From positions 11,594,001-11,658,000 of the forward strand of contig JBHGNT010000007.1 of the NCBI GenBank assembly GCA_043228905.1: DNA of 64,000 nucleotides, written 5' to 3'. Source of the stretch: Azolla caroliniana (lineage: Eukaryota; Plantae; Polypodiophyta). The first letter of the stretch is position 1, and each line of letters opens with the position of its first letter. A model generated the notes under the pieces. That model ran no database searches and had not been told where the DNA came from. It saw only the letters and a list, made by a program, of their open reading frames with translations. Of the stretch, positions 23,816 through 36,900 are shown piece by piece. Both the position numbers and the translations under genes were made by a program.

Positions 23816-26800
23816 TGTCGAATACAAGTGTATAATGGACGTATTCACACTATCCCTTTGTATAGATCAAGTTTGGGCCATTTGTGTAATTAGCATAAAT
23901 GGTAGTTGCCCTAAGTCGGTCACTATATATAGTGACCTTGTAACCTTTTTGTAAGGTTGGGTTGTATTATTGTTTCTATTGAATAGAAAGACTCTTTTGT
24001 GCCTCCTCTCTCTCTCTCTCTCTCTCTATCTCTGTGCACGATCTTGGAAACTGTCATACGCAGGTACTCAACCCCAATCGAATGCTACTTGATCTTCCGC
24101 ATTGACGGCCTTGTCTCCAACATTTGGTATCAGAGCCTGCACAGTATTCGGTCCTTCAACCCGCTGTCGGCCGTCGTCTCAGCCTGCACAACATTCGGTT
24201 TCTTGCGTCATTCGAAGAAGAGAGAAGAAGAAGAAAAACGAGGCTTGCATCTCATCGCGTTAGATCATCTTCGCTTGGAGTAAGCCAGCCGGTTGTACTC
24301 TGTTCCTTGTGATCGTAACCGCTCGAGGTGAAATCCCCTTGTGCAACATTGACACGATCGTGCTCCACTCGGTTAAACGGCATCCGAAGAGGTCATCAAA
24401 CGCTGCTCGCCGCTCATTGTAACCACTCGGTGCAGATCGGTCTCAAGACAACAACCCAAATTCGTGCTTCATCCGGCTGATCGACATTCGGGAGGATCAG
24501 TTGGATCCGGCTCTCTCGTCGCTGCAGTCACCCGAAGCAGAATCGGTCCAGACAATCGGTTTCAATAATCGGTATTTGGCATATATATTCGGAAGCGAAC
24601 CGGGCTCACTCCGACTCGGCAACATTCGGGAAGACCAGTCGGTTCTGTCCCTCAAGTTACCGGAGTCAATTCGAGCAAGTTCAACAATACATATATCCGA
24701 AGCCGAACCGACTCGGGTTCAAATCCGACTAGAACGATATCGGGTGAGCCAACCGGCTGCACTCCAACAAGGTTCGTAGTCAACTCCGAACCGAGCTTCG
24801 TCAACCGAAACCAAATTTGATGGCATCAACATCCGGCTCGTCAGAAATGAGTCTACGAAAGTTCGATGGATCGAACTTCAACTTCTGGAAGGAGCAAATG
24901 CAGGACTATCTCATAGTCAAGGGGCAAATCGATCCCATCGAAAATGAAGAACCTCCAGAAGGATACAAACCAATTGAGTGGCAGAAGCTGAACAGAATCG
25001 TCCGCGCCACGATTCGGATGCACCTATCGGAATCGGTATACTTTACGGTGCAATCGTGTACGACAACATTCGAACTGTGGAAAACACTGTCGGACACCTA
25101 CGAAAAGAAGTTCGCTGCAACAAAGATGTTTCTGATCCGGCGCCTCTACAACTTGCGGATGAAAGAATCAGACTCGGTTCAAGCACATCTCAATGAGTAC
25201 GAAAGCATAAGCTCCCAAATCTCATCTCAGGGGACGGCAATCGAGGATGAACTCAGAGCAATGATACTCATGAGCAGCCTTCCCTCATCATGGGAAACTT
25301 TCGTCACAACCGTGTGCAACGCGTCAACCACGGTTGTTAAATACTCCGAAGTCACGAGCGCAATCCTGACCGAAGCAGCTCGGAGAAAGTCTTTCGCCAA
25401 AGACTCAACAGACGACGCTTATGTAGTACAAGGTTCGACAGACCGATCGAACATACGAGGAAGAGATTCCTCACGGCAGCCGAACAATCAGCGAAGACGG
25501 AGCCAGTCACGGGATAATCGAATCTGCAACTATTGCAAGAAACCCGGACACATCAAAGCCGACTGCCGCGCACTCAAGAACAAGAACGACAAGTCTCAGA
25601 AATCAGACAAGAAGAGTGGCCGGCATGAGGAGATCAATTACGTCAGCTTCTCAGCTGATGTGCTACCAAACGACCCGAATATACTATCAATCGAAAATCC
25701 AGTCGGATCAGAAGTTCTGCTCACGACTGAAGAATCGAGCACATGGCTCTTAGATTCGGGCGCGTCATTTCACGTGACTCCTCATCGATCCCAATTTCGG
25801 CAATATACGATCCGTCACTCCGACTCAGTTCGAGTCGGCAACTCGCAACACTGTGACATCATTGGAATCGGCACAGTAGAGCTCAACCTTGCAGGTGGCT
25901 CTACACTTGTACTTCACAATGTCCGACATGTACCCGAGCTCTCAAGGCCATTGATCTCAGTCGGACAACTAGATGAAGACGGCATTCGTGCCGGTTTTTC
26001 TTCGGGAGGGTGGACACTCCACAGGGGGAACCTCCTGCTTGCTAGAGGACCCAAGATACACTCACTGTATCCGTTACATGTTACGCTCAGAGAGGGTAAC
26101 CTGTTTTTGGTGGATATTCCTGTGTCATCACTATGGCACAGAAGATTAGGACACCTCAGCAAGGCCGGCATTACGCACCTATCTAGAGCCGGATACATCC
26201 CTAAACTCTCCTTCTCGGACCATCAATTCTGCGAACATTGCCAGTATGGCAAACAAGCAGCCGCATCACACCCGACATCAGCACCAAGAGAAACGAGACC
26301 TCTCGATTTAGTCCACTCGTACGTCTGTGGCCCAATGCCGCATCAGTCTCTCGGCGGTGCCTCTTACTTCGTCAGTTTTATTGACGATTCGACTCGAAAG
26401 GTGTGGGCTTATCCAATTCGCACCAAAGATCATGTCTTCTCGATCTTCTCCGATTGGCTCGCTATGGTAGAAAATCAAACTGACCGAAAACTGAAATGCT
26501 TTCGGACCGACAATGGGGGAGAGTTCAAATCAGAAGAATTCGTCAAATTCTGCCGACAACGCGGCATCCGACGTGAATTTACGGCACCACACAGTCCGGA
26601 GCAAAACGGGATTGCAGAACGCATGAATCGGACAATCCAAGAACGGATAGTTTCCATGCTCCAACACTCCGGACTGTTGGATGGCTTCTGGGCAGAGGCT
26701 CTACTCACGGCAGTACACATAATCAATATGTCGCCAAGCAGACCTCTAGGACTTCAAATTCCTCAGGAACTATGGATCGGCAGTAAGCCGAATTACGACA

Positions 26801-29351
26801 AGCTGAGGATCTTCGGATGCGAGGCATACGCCCTTATTCCGAAAGATGATCGCCGAAAACTTGCACCTCGGTCCAGGAAATGCATTTTCCTTGGATATGG
26901 ATCAGACGGCGAAATGGGATACCGACTCTGGGACCCCGAACGCAGACAAATCGTTCGAAGTTCGGACGTTGTGTTCAACGAGTCAGCTATGAATCCATCA
27001 GTCGAAACACCGATCGAAGTCCGAAGGGTAACATTTTCCAATGTGCCGACCCTTCAAGAAGGCCCCGCTCTTAACACACGGTCAGCTTCACGGGTAGCTG
27101 AACCTTACACCACCGACTCGGACAACTCTGACTCGGCACAGCAGAATAATTCGCTTTCGGACCATCCGACCTCGATACCCGATGCGACCAGTCCAATCAT
27201 ACCTCGACGATCCGAGAGACTGTCGCAACCTCCGGAGAGGTATTCTCCTGGAATTTTCTTCACCGACGCCGGCGAACCGACGTCTTACGAAGAAGCATCG
27301 ACATCTGTCGATTCAGCCACCTGGCATCTGGCGATGGAGTCGGAAATGCACTCCATTCGGGCAAACAAGACTTGGGATCTGGTCGAATTACCTAAGAATC
27401 GACCTGCTCTTCCTTGCAAGTGGGTTTATCGACTAAAAGAGACGTCTGATTCGACCACCCCAAAGTACAAGGCCAGATTAGTTGCGAAGGGCTTCCGACA
27501 AGAATATGGCGTCGACTTCGACGAGATTTTTTCACCAGTGGTGAAAATGACAACCCTTCGTTTTCTACTCGGCGTAGTGGTAGCCGACAACTTGGAGCTG
27601 ATTCAGCTAGATGTCAAAACAGCCTTCCTCCATGGTGATCTTGAAGAGGAAATTTATATGGAGCAGCCAAAAGGCTTCGTGGCAACTGGTCAAGAACATC
27701 TAGTCTGCCGACTCAGGAAGAGTCTATACGGCCTCAAACAGGCACCGCGACAATGGTACAAGAAGTTCGACGACTTCATCCAATCGATCGGCTTCTCCAA
27801 AAGCGATGAGGACCATTGTCTTTTTACCAACACAGCTCAAGATGGATCACCCATCTTCCTCATCATTTACGTGGACGACATGCTAATTTCTGGACGCCAC
27901 GCGGGCGAACTTGCCGATCTCATTCGGCAATTGCGGTTGAAGTTTGCCATGAAGGACCTCGGTCCGGCACGACACATACTTGGCATGAAGATTAGTCGGC
28001 ATCGCGACAAACGACATCTTTTTTTGTCTCAGACCGACTATATCGGACGTGTCTTGGAACGCTTCAACATGCAATCAGCCAAATCTGCTTCAACCCCGCT
28101 CCCCATGAATCTTCGGCTCTCTCAGCGAGACTGCCCGACATCCGGTCCGGAGGGGGAAGATATGAAGTCGGTACCGTATGCACCGGCAGTCGGCTCCCTT
28201 ATGTACCTGATGGTCGCGACACGGCCTGATATTTCTCATGCCGTAGGAGTCGTTAGCAGATTTATGCACAATCCTGGCCGATCGCATTGGAACGCAGTCA
28301 AGCATGTGTTCAAATATCTGGCTGGCACAAAAGACCACGGCATTCTTTTCGGTCCGAACTCAACCTCAGGCGTAGTCGGTTACACCGACTCGGACTTCGC
28401 CGGCTGTATAGACAGTCGGAAATCAACAACTGGATACTGCTTCAAATTCGGCAATGGAGCAATTTCGTGGAAGTCGAAACTTCAGGAGTGCACAGCGACC
28501 TCAACGACCGAAGCAGAATATGTAGCTGCGTCCGACGCTGCAAAAGAAGCTTTGTGGCTCGGCCGGCTGGCGCACACGTTTCGACAAGTCGACCATGACT
28601 CGGCCCCAGTTGTCTATAGCGACAGTCAAGGTGCTGTTGCCTTGTCGAGAAATCCGGTTCACCACAACGCCTCCAAACATATCGACGTTCGATATCACTT
28701 CGTTCGGGACTGCGTCATTTCAGGGAAAATCGGTCTAGAGAAAATATCCACAACCGACAATGTCGCAGATGGAATGACCAAGTGTCTTTCGGTAGACCGC
28801 TTTCGGTCCCTTCGGCATCAGATGGGCGTAACGACAAACCAGTCCGGTTAGAGCCGGACACAGCGCAGGATGGTTTCAGACAACCGACATCAGTTCCCTA
28901 ATGATCGGCTTCAACTCTTCCGACCCGACCAGTCCGGTCTTCTGCCTTCGGACCCTGCCGACTCGAACAAAACTGATATGTCCGAGAACCTAGGTTTATA
29001 CCTGTAATCTTAGATAACCCATGTATACGCCCATTACGGGGGAGTGTCGAATACAAGTGTATAATGGACGTATTCACACTATCCCTTTGTATAGATCAAG
29101 TTTGGGCCATTTGTGTAATTAGCATAAATGGTAGTTGCCCTAAGTCGGTCACTATATATATTGACCTTGTAACCTTTTTGTAAGGTTGGGTTGTATTATT
29201 GTTTCTATTGAATAGAAAGACTCTTTTGTGCCTCCTCTCTCTCTCTCTCTCTCTCTATCTCTGTGCACGATCTTGGAAACTGTCATACGCAGGTACTCAA
29301 CCCCAATCGAATGCTACTTGATCTTCCGCATTGACGGCCTTGTCTCCAACA
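23816..29351 (+). mobile_element. C1: full-length Ty1/copia, very recent
   Basis: 307-bp LTRs 23816-24122 and 29045-29351 (one mismatch seen); TSD ATTCA; Met PBS TGGTATCAGAGCC 24125-24137; PPT about 29038-29044. Confidence 0.97.
24820..28851 (+). CDS. C1 Gag-Pol polyprotein (Gag-PR-IN-RT-RH)
   Basis: Uninterrupted ORF of about 1343 aa: CNYCKKPGHIKADC, LLDSGAS, HHCC, RTDNGGEF, YVDD, YTDSDFAG. Confidence 0.96.
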   Translation: MASTSGSSEMSLRKFDGSNFNFWKEQMQDYLIVKGQIDPIENEEPPEGYKPIEWQKLNRIVRATIRMHLSESVYFTVQSCTTTFELWKTLSDTYEKKFAATKMFLIRRLYNLRMKESDSVQAHLNEYESISSQISSQGTAIEDELRAMILMSSLPSSWETFVTTVCNASTTVVKYSEVTSAILTEAARRKSFAKDSTDDAYVVQGSTDRSNIRGRDSSRQPNNQRRRSQSRDNRICNYCKKPGHIKADCRALKNKNDKSQKSDKKSGRHEEINYVSFSADVLPNDPNILSIENPVGSEVLLTTEESSTWLLDSGASFHVTPHRSQFRQYTIRHSDSVRVGNSQHCDIIGIGTVELNLAGGSTLVLHNVRHVPELSRPLISVGQLDEDGIRAGFSSGGWTLHRGNLLLARGPKIHSLYPLHVTLREGNLFLVDIPVSSLWHRRLGHLSKAGITHLSRAGYIPKLSFSDHQFCEHCQYGKQAAASHPTSAPRETRPLDLVHSYVCGPMPHQSLGGASYFVSFIDDSTRKVWAYPIRTKDHVFSIFSDWLAMVENQTDRKLKCFRTDNGGEFKSEEFVKFCRQRGIRREFTAPHSPEQNGIAERMNRTIQERIVSMLQHSGLLDGFWAEALLTAVHIINMSPSRPLGLQIPQELWIGSKPNYDKLRIFGCEAYALIPKDDRRKLAPRSRKCIFLGYGSDGEMGYRLWDPERRQIVRSSDVVFNESAMNPSVETPIEVRRVTFSNVPTLQEGPALNTRSASRVAEPYTTDSDNSDSAQQNNSLSDHPTSIPDATSPIIPRRSERLSQPPERYSPGIFFTDAGEPTSYEEASTSVDSATWHLAMESEMHSIRANKTWDLVELPKNRPALPCKWVYRLKETSDSTTPKYKARLVAKGFRQEYGVDFDEIFSPVVKMTTLRFLLGVVVADNLELIQLDVKTAFLHGDLEEEIYMEQPKGFVATGQEHLVCRLRKSLYGLKQAPRQWYKKFDDFIQSIGFSKSDEDHCLFTNTAQDGSPIFLIIYVDDMLISGRHAGELADLIRQLRLKFAMKDLGPARHILGMKISRHRDKRHLFLSQTDYIGRVLERFNMQSAKSASTPLPMNLRLSQRDCPTSGPEGEDMKSVPYAPAVGSLMYLMVATRPDISHAVGVVSRFMHNPGRSHWNAVKHVFKYLAGTKDHGILFGPNSTSGVVGYTDSDFAGCIDSRKSTTGYCFKFGNGAISWKSKLQECTATSTTEAEYVAASDAAKEALWLGRLAHTFRQVDHDSAPVVYSDSQGAVALSRNPVHHNASKHIDVRYHFVRDCVISGKIGLEKISTTDNVADGMTKCLSVDRFRSLRHQMGVTTNQSG

Positions 29352-29356
29352 ATTCA

Positions 29357-31258
29357 CGCCGGAGCCACCGTGGATGATGCATCCATGAAGGGTGCGTCCT
29401 TTAATCATGATTTTCACGACTGGATTCTGGGAATCCATGATAGGTGGGCATGTCCCTAGCTTCGTCAAGTTAACAGGGGGTGCGACCGATTTGTCGTTAG
29501 TCGTGAGTGTGGCCAAGGTATCCCGAAAGCGCGGCATGAGCAGTAAAAGCTTATGTAATGGTAGCGAGATCCTAGCATTGGTTAGGGCTTCCCACAGATG
29601 GTCATCTTCTACCGTGGTGGATGGTCCTATGGCCGGTGGTGCGCCGATGGTCACGTCCTGCATCTCTGTGTGCATCCGTTCCACGTTGCTTTTATTGGCG
29701 GTCTCAATCCATTCCTTGGCTGCTTGTTGGATGTCATCTTGTTCTTGCCATTGGCCGGCTTGGGTCTTGCTACATGTAGTGATGTGTTGAATGTCGGCCA
29801 TAATAGTATTCACGGCTGGGACCTTGCTGCGGTCCGTGGTTGGGCATTGGGTAGCGTAGTGGCCGGGTTGGTTACACTTAAAGCAGGTAACGGATGCCGA
29901 GTTGCTGGTGTCACGGTGCTCAGTGTGTGGAAAAGGTTGTGGGTAGTTCCCGACCGCTTGTGTAGGCGTGTTGTCCCATGGCGCGTTGTGCGGGACGTTT
30001 GGAGGTGGGTCTTGACGACGATTGTCGTTCTGCCGTCGATTGTTCCGCAAACCTCTGTAAGAGTTTCTTCTATCGCCTCGTGAATCCCGTGGATCGTACC
30101 GGACATCCCGGTCATCGTCATACTGATCATACTCATTGTTTGCTCTATATTGGTTGTCGTGGTACTAGTCACGGCGGTCGTTTGATCTCCTACGATTGTT
30201 GTGGCGGTAACGGTCGTCATTACGTCGGTGGTCGTCGTCGCGGTGGTAGTCGTCATCGCGGCGCTGGCGATCCGGAGATCATGGTCGCTCGTTTGCCTGA
30301 TGTCGGTATGACTAACGTTCATCCTGCCGGTAGTATGTATTGCGAAGCTCGATTTGGCGAACCAGAGCCGTCGTTGTGCGGTTGAGCATGTTGTACTCAC
30401 ATTGTTCGATCGTGTGAGCTCAGGACTGACATATGGGGCAGTGTGGCCGGTGAGGGCACTTGAGAGCCAGATGGCTTGAGCCTGAGCAAGCCATGCATTG
30501 GAGGGCTTGTCGGAAACGATTGTCCTCCTGAGGAAGGAGCTTTGCAAAGAGTCCATGGAGAAAGCCGTGTTATGTTGTGTCCTATCGATGGCAAGGACGT
30601 GTGCGATGACTTGCTAGATTATCTGGTTAGAGAAATTGGTAAGTGCGAGAGTCGTCCGTAGAGGCTCCCGTAGGCTGGATAGGAAGGTATCCAGAATGTG
30701 ATGGGCGGAGACATCGTCGGCCAGTTGTCGGTAGAGATCTTAAAACCGGATCGTGAACTGGGTGACCGTCTCGTGAGATTCTTCGCTCATGGAAAAGAAC
30801 TGCCAGAGTAGTTCGTGCTTCGGAACCTGGCGGTGAAATAATTCTAGAAACTTTGTGTGGACATCGTGGAACGTTGTGACCTCCCCTATGTTGAGGCGGG
30901 AGTACCATCGAGCAGCCGGGCCATCGAGGGATAAAGTGAACTCTGCGATTTTGGAGGACTCGATTTTGGCAGCCGCTAACCGCTGCGTTGAGTGGTTGGC
31001 CTTCCATGTGGACACGAAAGCACGGGTGTGGGATTCCACGTCGGGGCCGTTGGTATATCGTGGGTAAGGGTAAGGCATGGTAACGAGATCCGGGTCTTTA
31101 GGGAAAGCCGAAAAAGGGTTAGGGTCAGGTTGGGTGACCTCTGGAGGGCTTGGTGGGGAGGTCGGTGTGGAATCAACTCGTGACTGGGTATCGGGTGGCG
31201 AGGATTGCAACCGGTGAGCCTCCAATCGTTCCTGGAAAGATTTGTCAGTGACCGCCAA
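29357..31258 (-). pseudogene. Element T gag and protease N-terminus
   Basis: Retrotransposon-gag-like 30740-31258; zinc knuckle CFKCNQPGHYATQC; decayed protease motif IIHGGSGVN cut by C1. Confidence 0.88.
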
Positions 31259-31383
31259 ATTGGAAGTTCCTTCGTCTGGCTCCGGGCGTCAGACAGGTGG
31301 CCGAGACCGCATGATGCGATTGGGTGCCATAATGGTAGCTGGAGTTTGCCTCCTACGTAGTTCACAGTGACCTTACAACTGTA

Positions 31384-31396
31384 ACCGGGCGTGCCA
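31384..31396 (-). promoter_or_regulatory. Element T primer-binding site, probably tRNA-Arg
   Basis: TGGCACGCCCGGT just inside the 5' LTR; resembles the Arg PBS of Tat-type elements. Confidence 0.7.
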
Positions 31397-31401
31397 AATT
31401 G

Positions 31402-31903
31402 TGTTAACCATTTCTGGGAAAACACCTTCGATGAGCCCACAGGCTATCGGTATCAAGGGATCATGTTACGTGGAAGCTTCTTCTCCACTGAGAAGACGAT
31501 AGGAGAATGAGGAGCGTACACGGGCTACAACCCGTTAGGCATAAACGTAGCTCGATTTACAAGTATGGGGAGAATGCACAGTTAACAGAATAGTAAGAGC
31601 GAAACTTATATTAAATGATAAAGCTCACAGTGATTACAGTACACGGCTTGCGGCCGGACACAGTTCGTGCAAAGCTCGGTGCTACGATATTAATCTGGCT
31701 AAAAATGATCTAGATATCTCCTCCCTTTGAGGTATGCCAATCTCGGTTTATATAGTTTTCCTCTTTAGATAGAGCCGAGCCATCGGCTGATTGTGAGGGC
31801 TAAAAAAACTCGACTATTTCTAGTTCTACCTATTTCCTCACCTACTATTCTACCTACTGGCGATTTTAAATAATGTATTTATATTTCTGGCCTATGGACA
31901 ACA
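31402..31903 (-). repeat. 5' LTR of element T
   Basis: TGTT...AACA, pairs with 819-1320. Confidence 0.9.
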
Positions 31904-33143
31904 CTGGCTTCCCTTGTTGCTTCCCGGGGCGGAAAATGATCTTGAAATTAAAACGAGTTAGAAACTGTGCCCACCGAGCTTGTCTCCTATTTAACACTTG
32001 AGCCATTTGAAAATACTTAAGATTTTTGTGATCACTATAAATGATTATTTGATGAGGTGATCCTTCCAAGAAATATTGCCATTGCTTGAAAGAGTCAACC
32101 ACATCTAGTAACTCCTTGTCATGCACCTCATAGTTTATCTCCGTAGTAGTAAATTTTCTCGAGTGAAATGCAACTGGATAAGACTGCCCGTCCTTGCCTA
32201 GTTGGGATAGGATACTCCCTAATGCAAATTCTGACGCATCCGATTCAATGGTAAATGGCTTTTCGAGATCAATATGTGCTAATATAAGAGTTGATGTGAA
32301 TGCCTCTTTGAGCTGAGTAAAGGTTGTGTCCGCTTCAATAGTCCAAACAAACGCTTGATTCTTCTTGGTGAGTTGGGTGAGAGGCAACATGATCTTTGAA
32401 TAATTTTGTATGAATTTGCGATAGAAGTTAGCAAATCCGAGGAAACATTGGACGTCTCGAACAGAACGTGGGGATTGCCATTCCAATATTGTTTTGACTT
32501 TTGCTAGATCCATGAAGATACCCTTCGATGAAATAGTATAATCCAAGAATTCGACTTGTTCGCTATCAAAACTGCACTTCTCAAGTTTGGCATACAGACC
32601 ATACTTTCTTAAGCGTTCAAGTACTTTCCGGACATGTATATCATGCTCCTCCTGTGTTTTAGAGTAAATCAACAGGTCATCTAAATAGATTATGAGAAAG
32701 ATATCCAGAAAATCCCGAAAAATGTCATTTGCCATATGTTGGAAAACTACGGGTGCATTTGTGAGCCCAAAAGGCATGACTGTATACTCGAAATGACCAT
32801 ACCGAGTTCGAAATGCCGTTTTCCACTCATCTCTTGGTCGAATGCAAACAAGATTATATGCACCCCTTAAATAAATCTTTGTAAAATGTTTTGCCTTACC
32901 AATGCGCTCTAAAAGACTGGAGATTAAAGGAAAAGCATACCTATTTCTTATCATGACTTTATTTAATCCCCGATAGTCCACAACCAAATGAAGCGATCCG
33001 TCCTTTTTCTTCACAAAAAATATAGGAGCACCGGCTGGAGATTTTGAATGTCGAATAAAGCCATGTGCAAGATTCTCCTCAATGTATTCTCGAAGAACCT
33101 CAAGCTTAGTTGGTGATAGATTGTAGATCGGACCCCACGGTGG
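31904..33143 (-). pseudogene. Chromovirus A pol, RT and RNase H
   Basis: [23 protein letters not shown]; bounded by the T and C2 insertions. Confidence 0.93.
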
Positions 33144-33912
33144 TGTTGGGATTTCGGTCCCTCCGGATGGGATGTCCGGAGATGAATGACGACAAGCCCG
33201 GTTGCGGTTACGGAGCCGGATGATGAAGACCCCGGCTACGGAGCCGGATGACGAAGACCCCGGTTACGGAGCCGGATGACGAATGTACCCGGAGAGAGAT
33301 CCGGATGCGGAGACATATTCGTGAATATGTTTGCCAAGAGCCCTTGAGGCTATATTTGTAAATAGCCCGAAAGTCATATGTGTATAAATATGACTTAGGG
33401 CAAACAGTTTTGCTGTTGCTACTCATTTTTCTGTTTTTCCACTCAAGAGGAGTGAAGAGAGAGCAGCCGTGTGTCAGGAATAGTACTAAAACAGAGATGG
33501 AATTAGTACTAAGAAGAGTACTAAGAGTAGTACTATTAGTACTAAGAGGACGGGACTGCGTAAGATTCCCGAGAGAGAGGAAGTGAGAAGAGGAGAGAGA
33601 GGGAAATAGAATGATGACAGCAGCTCTTATATTATATGAAAGATAAGTACAAATCGACTAAGAGGCTTAAGACTGGTGTTGAACCAATTTGGTTCAAAAC
33701 AATGCCTTGTGCCTCCTTTTATAGTGTTTTTAGGAATAATCCTGAAGCTTCTAGAATGTTCCAGAGAGATCTGGAATATACATCAATTTTCTATGATAAA
33801 GTATAAATGAAAATAATATCCTACAAAATACAATTCATAATCTAATGGTAAGAGCTCGACCCATGTAGCATAAAGTCATGGGTTCGAGTCTTGCCATGAC
33901 ACTATCTCCCCC

Positions 33913-36900
33913 TTAAAGTCGACGAGTGGAACGAGTCGGCGCTAATTGCGGACCGGGTTTGTCCGGATACTTTCGGTGGAAATCAGCAAGAAGATCTTGT
34001 GCATTGGCAACATTCTCGACGGGTTCCCAAGTACGTTCGCTCGGACTATAACCGAGCCAATCGACCAAGTAATAAAGTTTGTTGCGAACAAGTTTGGAAT
34101 CGAGGATGGCAGCAACTTCATACTCCGGGCCGGCGTCCAACTCCAACGGGGGCGGCGGTGGTGTCACACGATCGGGAATGGTGTTTGCTTTATAAGGTTC
34201 AAGAAGAGAACAATGGAAAACCGGATGTATCTGAAGCTGCGGAGGGAGATCCAGACGGAAGGTGACATCATTAATCTTCCCCGTAATACGGAAAGGACCG
34301 AGTCGTCGATAATCCAACTTGTCGCACGGTCGAGTAGTCTTGATGTGACGACGTAAGAGCCATACTCGATCTCCGATGGCAAAAGAGGAGGGAATCCGAT
34401 GACGATCCGCATAAGTCTTCTGTGTGTGTTGAGCATGACGAAGGTGAGTAGAGAGATCCATCTGGATCTTGCGTAGCCTCTCCAAATGGTCCTCGGCACG
34501 AGGGTTGGTAGGTAGCTCCGGAGTGTCGATCACCGACCAGCGAGGATGGAAACCGGTATAAGCGAGAAATGGGGAGACCCGAGTCGAGGAGTGAATAGCA
34601 TTATTATACGCAAACTCCGCAAAGTGGAGAATCTCGGCCCAATCGTCCTGTTGATAACTCAGGAAACACCGGAGATATTGCTCCAACGTTTGGTTTGTTC
34701 GTTCCGCCTGTCCGTCAGTTTGAGGATGGTAGCCGGAGGAGAGGTTGCAGGAGACCTTGAGCATCCTGAAGAGATGCTGCCAAAATTTGGAGACAAATTG
34801 CGGGCCTCGGTCACTGATAATACTGTCTGGTAGGCCATGATGCCGAAATACCTCACGCATAACAAGAGCGGCGGTTTCCTCGCTAGTGATGGCTTTAGTA
34901 CATGGCACAAAATGTGCCATCTTCGTATATCGATCGACGACGGTTAGGATAGCATCGAACCCCTTCGAGACTGGCAGATCTGTAATAAAATCAAGACAAA
35001 TAGACTGCCATGGCTTACTTGGAATTGGTAAAGGTTCCAACAAGCCATATGGATGGTGTCGTGGCATCTTTGCTCGGCAGCAAGCATCACAGGTCCGAAC
35101 GTAGTCGTCGACAAAACGGCGCATGTGGGGCCACCAAAAAGATCGTTGCACTAACTCCAACGTCTTGGTACTACCGAAATGTCCCGCCGTATGGGTGTCG
35201 TGACAATGTTGGACTATTTGAAGGCGACAGGAGCAATCGGGGACATATACGCGCTTTTTAAAGAATAACAAACCATCATGATATTCGAATTGTCGGTAGT
35301 CAATACCTGGTTGTTGAGACTGAGAACAGGATGCCCGAGAAGTATCAATGTGCGCCAGGATGTCTTGAGCAAAACTATCCGTCTTCAAAGTTGCACGTAT
35401 GTCATCGGTAATCCGTGAATCCATCGGGGTGTGAAAAATCCGCGTCGTGTGCAATCGTGTTGGTCCCAAGATTACTTGCTTCTGATTATCAAATGTTGCG
35501 TCACCAGGACGAGGTGCAAGATATGAACGCCGTGATAGTGCATCTGCTTTTCCTTGCTGCTTCCCCGGTCGATATGTGATTTCGAAGTTGAAACGCGTGA
35601 GGAATTGCGCCCACCGAGCTTGCCGTCGATTTAGTACGCGAGCGTTCTGAAAATAAGCAAGATTTTTATGATCGCTAAAGACAATGACCTGATGTGGAGA
35701 GCCCTCTAAGAAATGCCGCCATTGTACAAATGAATCCACGATGGCTAATAACTCCTTGTCATGTATTTCGTAGTTGATTTCTGCGACATTGAATTTGCGC
35801 GAATGGAAAGCCACCGGATGCAACTCTTCTTTATCGCCTTGTTGAGAAAGGATGCTACCGAGGGCGAAATCTGATGCGTCGGCCTCCATGATGAATGGTT
35901 TGCTTGTATCCACATGAGCTAGAATCGGTGCTGATGTAAAGGCTTTCTTAAGATGCCGAAAAGCCATATCTGCTTCGATGGACCAAAGAAATGCTTGGCC
36001 CTTCTTCGTAAGTTGTGTGAGAGGTAAAATAATCTTCGAGTAATCCTGTATAAACTTACGGTAGAAGTTAGCAAAGCCTAGAAAACATTGTACATCTCGT
36101 ACCGACCGTGGAATTTGCCACTCTAGTACAGTTTGGATTTTAGCTGGATCCATGGCGATGCCCTTTGAGGAGATGACGTAGCCTAGAAATTCCACTTGCT
36201 TGCAGTCAAAGCTACATTTCTCTAGCTTGGCATAAAGACCATTTTCGCGGAGTCGCTTTAGTACTAATAGTACATGAGAATCGTGCTCTTCCTGGGTCTT
36301 CGAATAAATCAACAGATCATCCAGATAAATGATCAAACAGATATCCAAGAGGTCTCTGAATATATCATTTGCCATGTGTTGGAAGACTGCGGGTGCATTG
36401 GTTAGGCCAAACGGCATAACAGTATACTCGAAATGCCCATACCGCGTGCGAAAAGCGGTCTTCCACTCATCTCCCGGTCGGATCCGCACGAGATTATACG
36501 CTCCTCGTAGGTCGATTTTAGTAAAAAACTTGGCACCATTAACTCGCTCTAAAAGACTTGATATAAGAGGAAGTGCATACCTATTCCGGATGGTGACTTT
36601 ATTCAATCCGCGGTAATCAACGACAAGACGAAGTGAGTCATCTTTCTTCTTGACAAAGAAGATGGGTGCACCGGCCGGAGATTTCGAATGACGGATGAAC
36701 CCGCTTGCCAAGTTCTCCTCTATGTAGGCTCGAAGGACTTCTAACTCGGTGGGTGACAAGTTGTAAATTGGTCCCCATGGTGGCTCGGTTCCTGGTTGTA
36801 AATCGATGGGACAGTCATAGGGACGGTGATGAGGAAGGGTACCGGCTTTTACCTTGTCAAATACATCGGCATAAGGATGATATTTTGCCGGAAGTTGTAT

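Larger units (their letters stand above)
819..31903 (-). mobile_element. Element T: non-chromovirus Ty3/gypsy (Athila/Tat/Phygy-like) with extra 3' ORF, disrupted by five nested insertions
   Basis: Paired 502-bp LTRs at 819-1320 and 31402-31903. Minus-strand gag-PR-RT-RH-IN pieces are in order. Arg-type PBS. It splits host A pol; the left junction is irregular (possible CTGG duplication). Confidence 0.88.

Noticed and set aside
29810-30556. Thr-rich 248-aa protein
   Set aside because: Alternative frame of the low-complexity Arg/Asp-rich part of element T gag.
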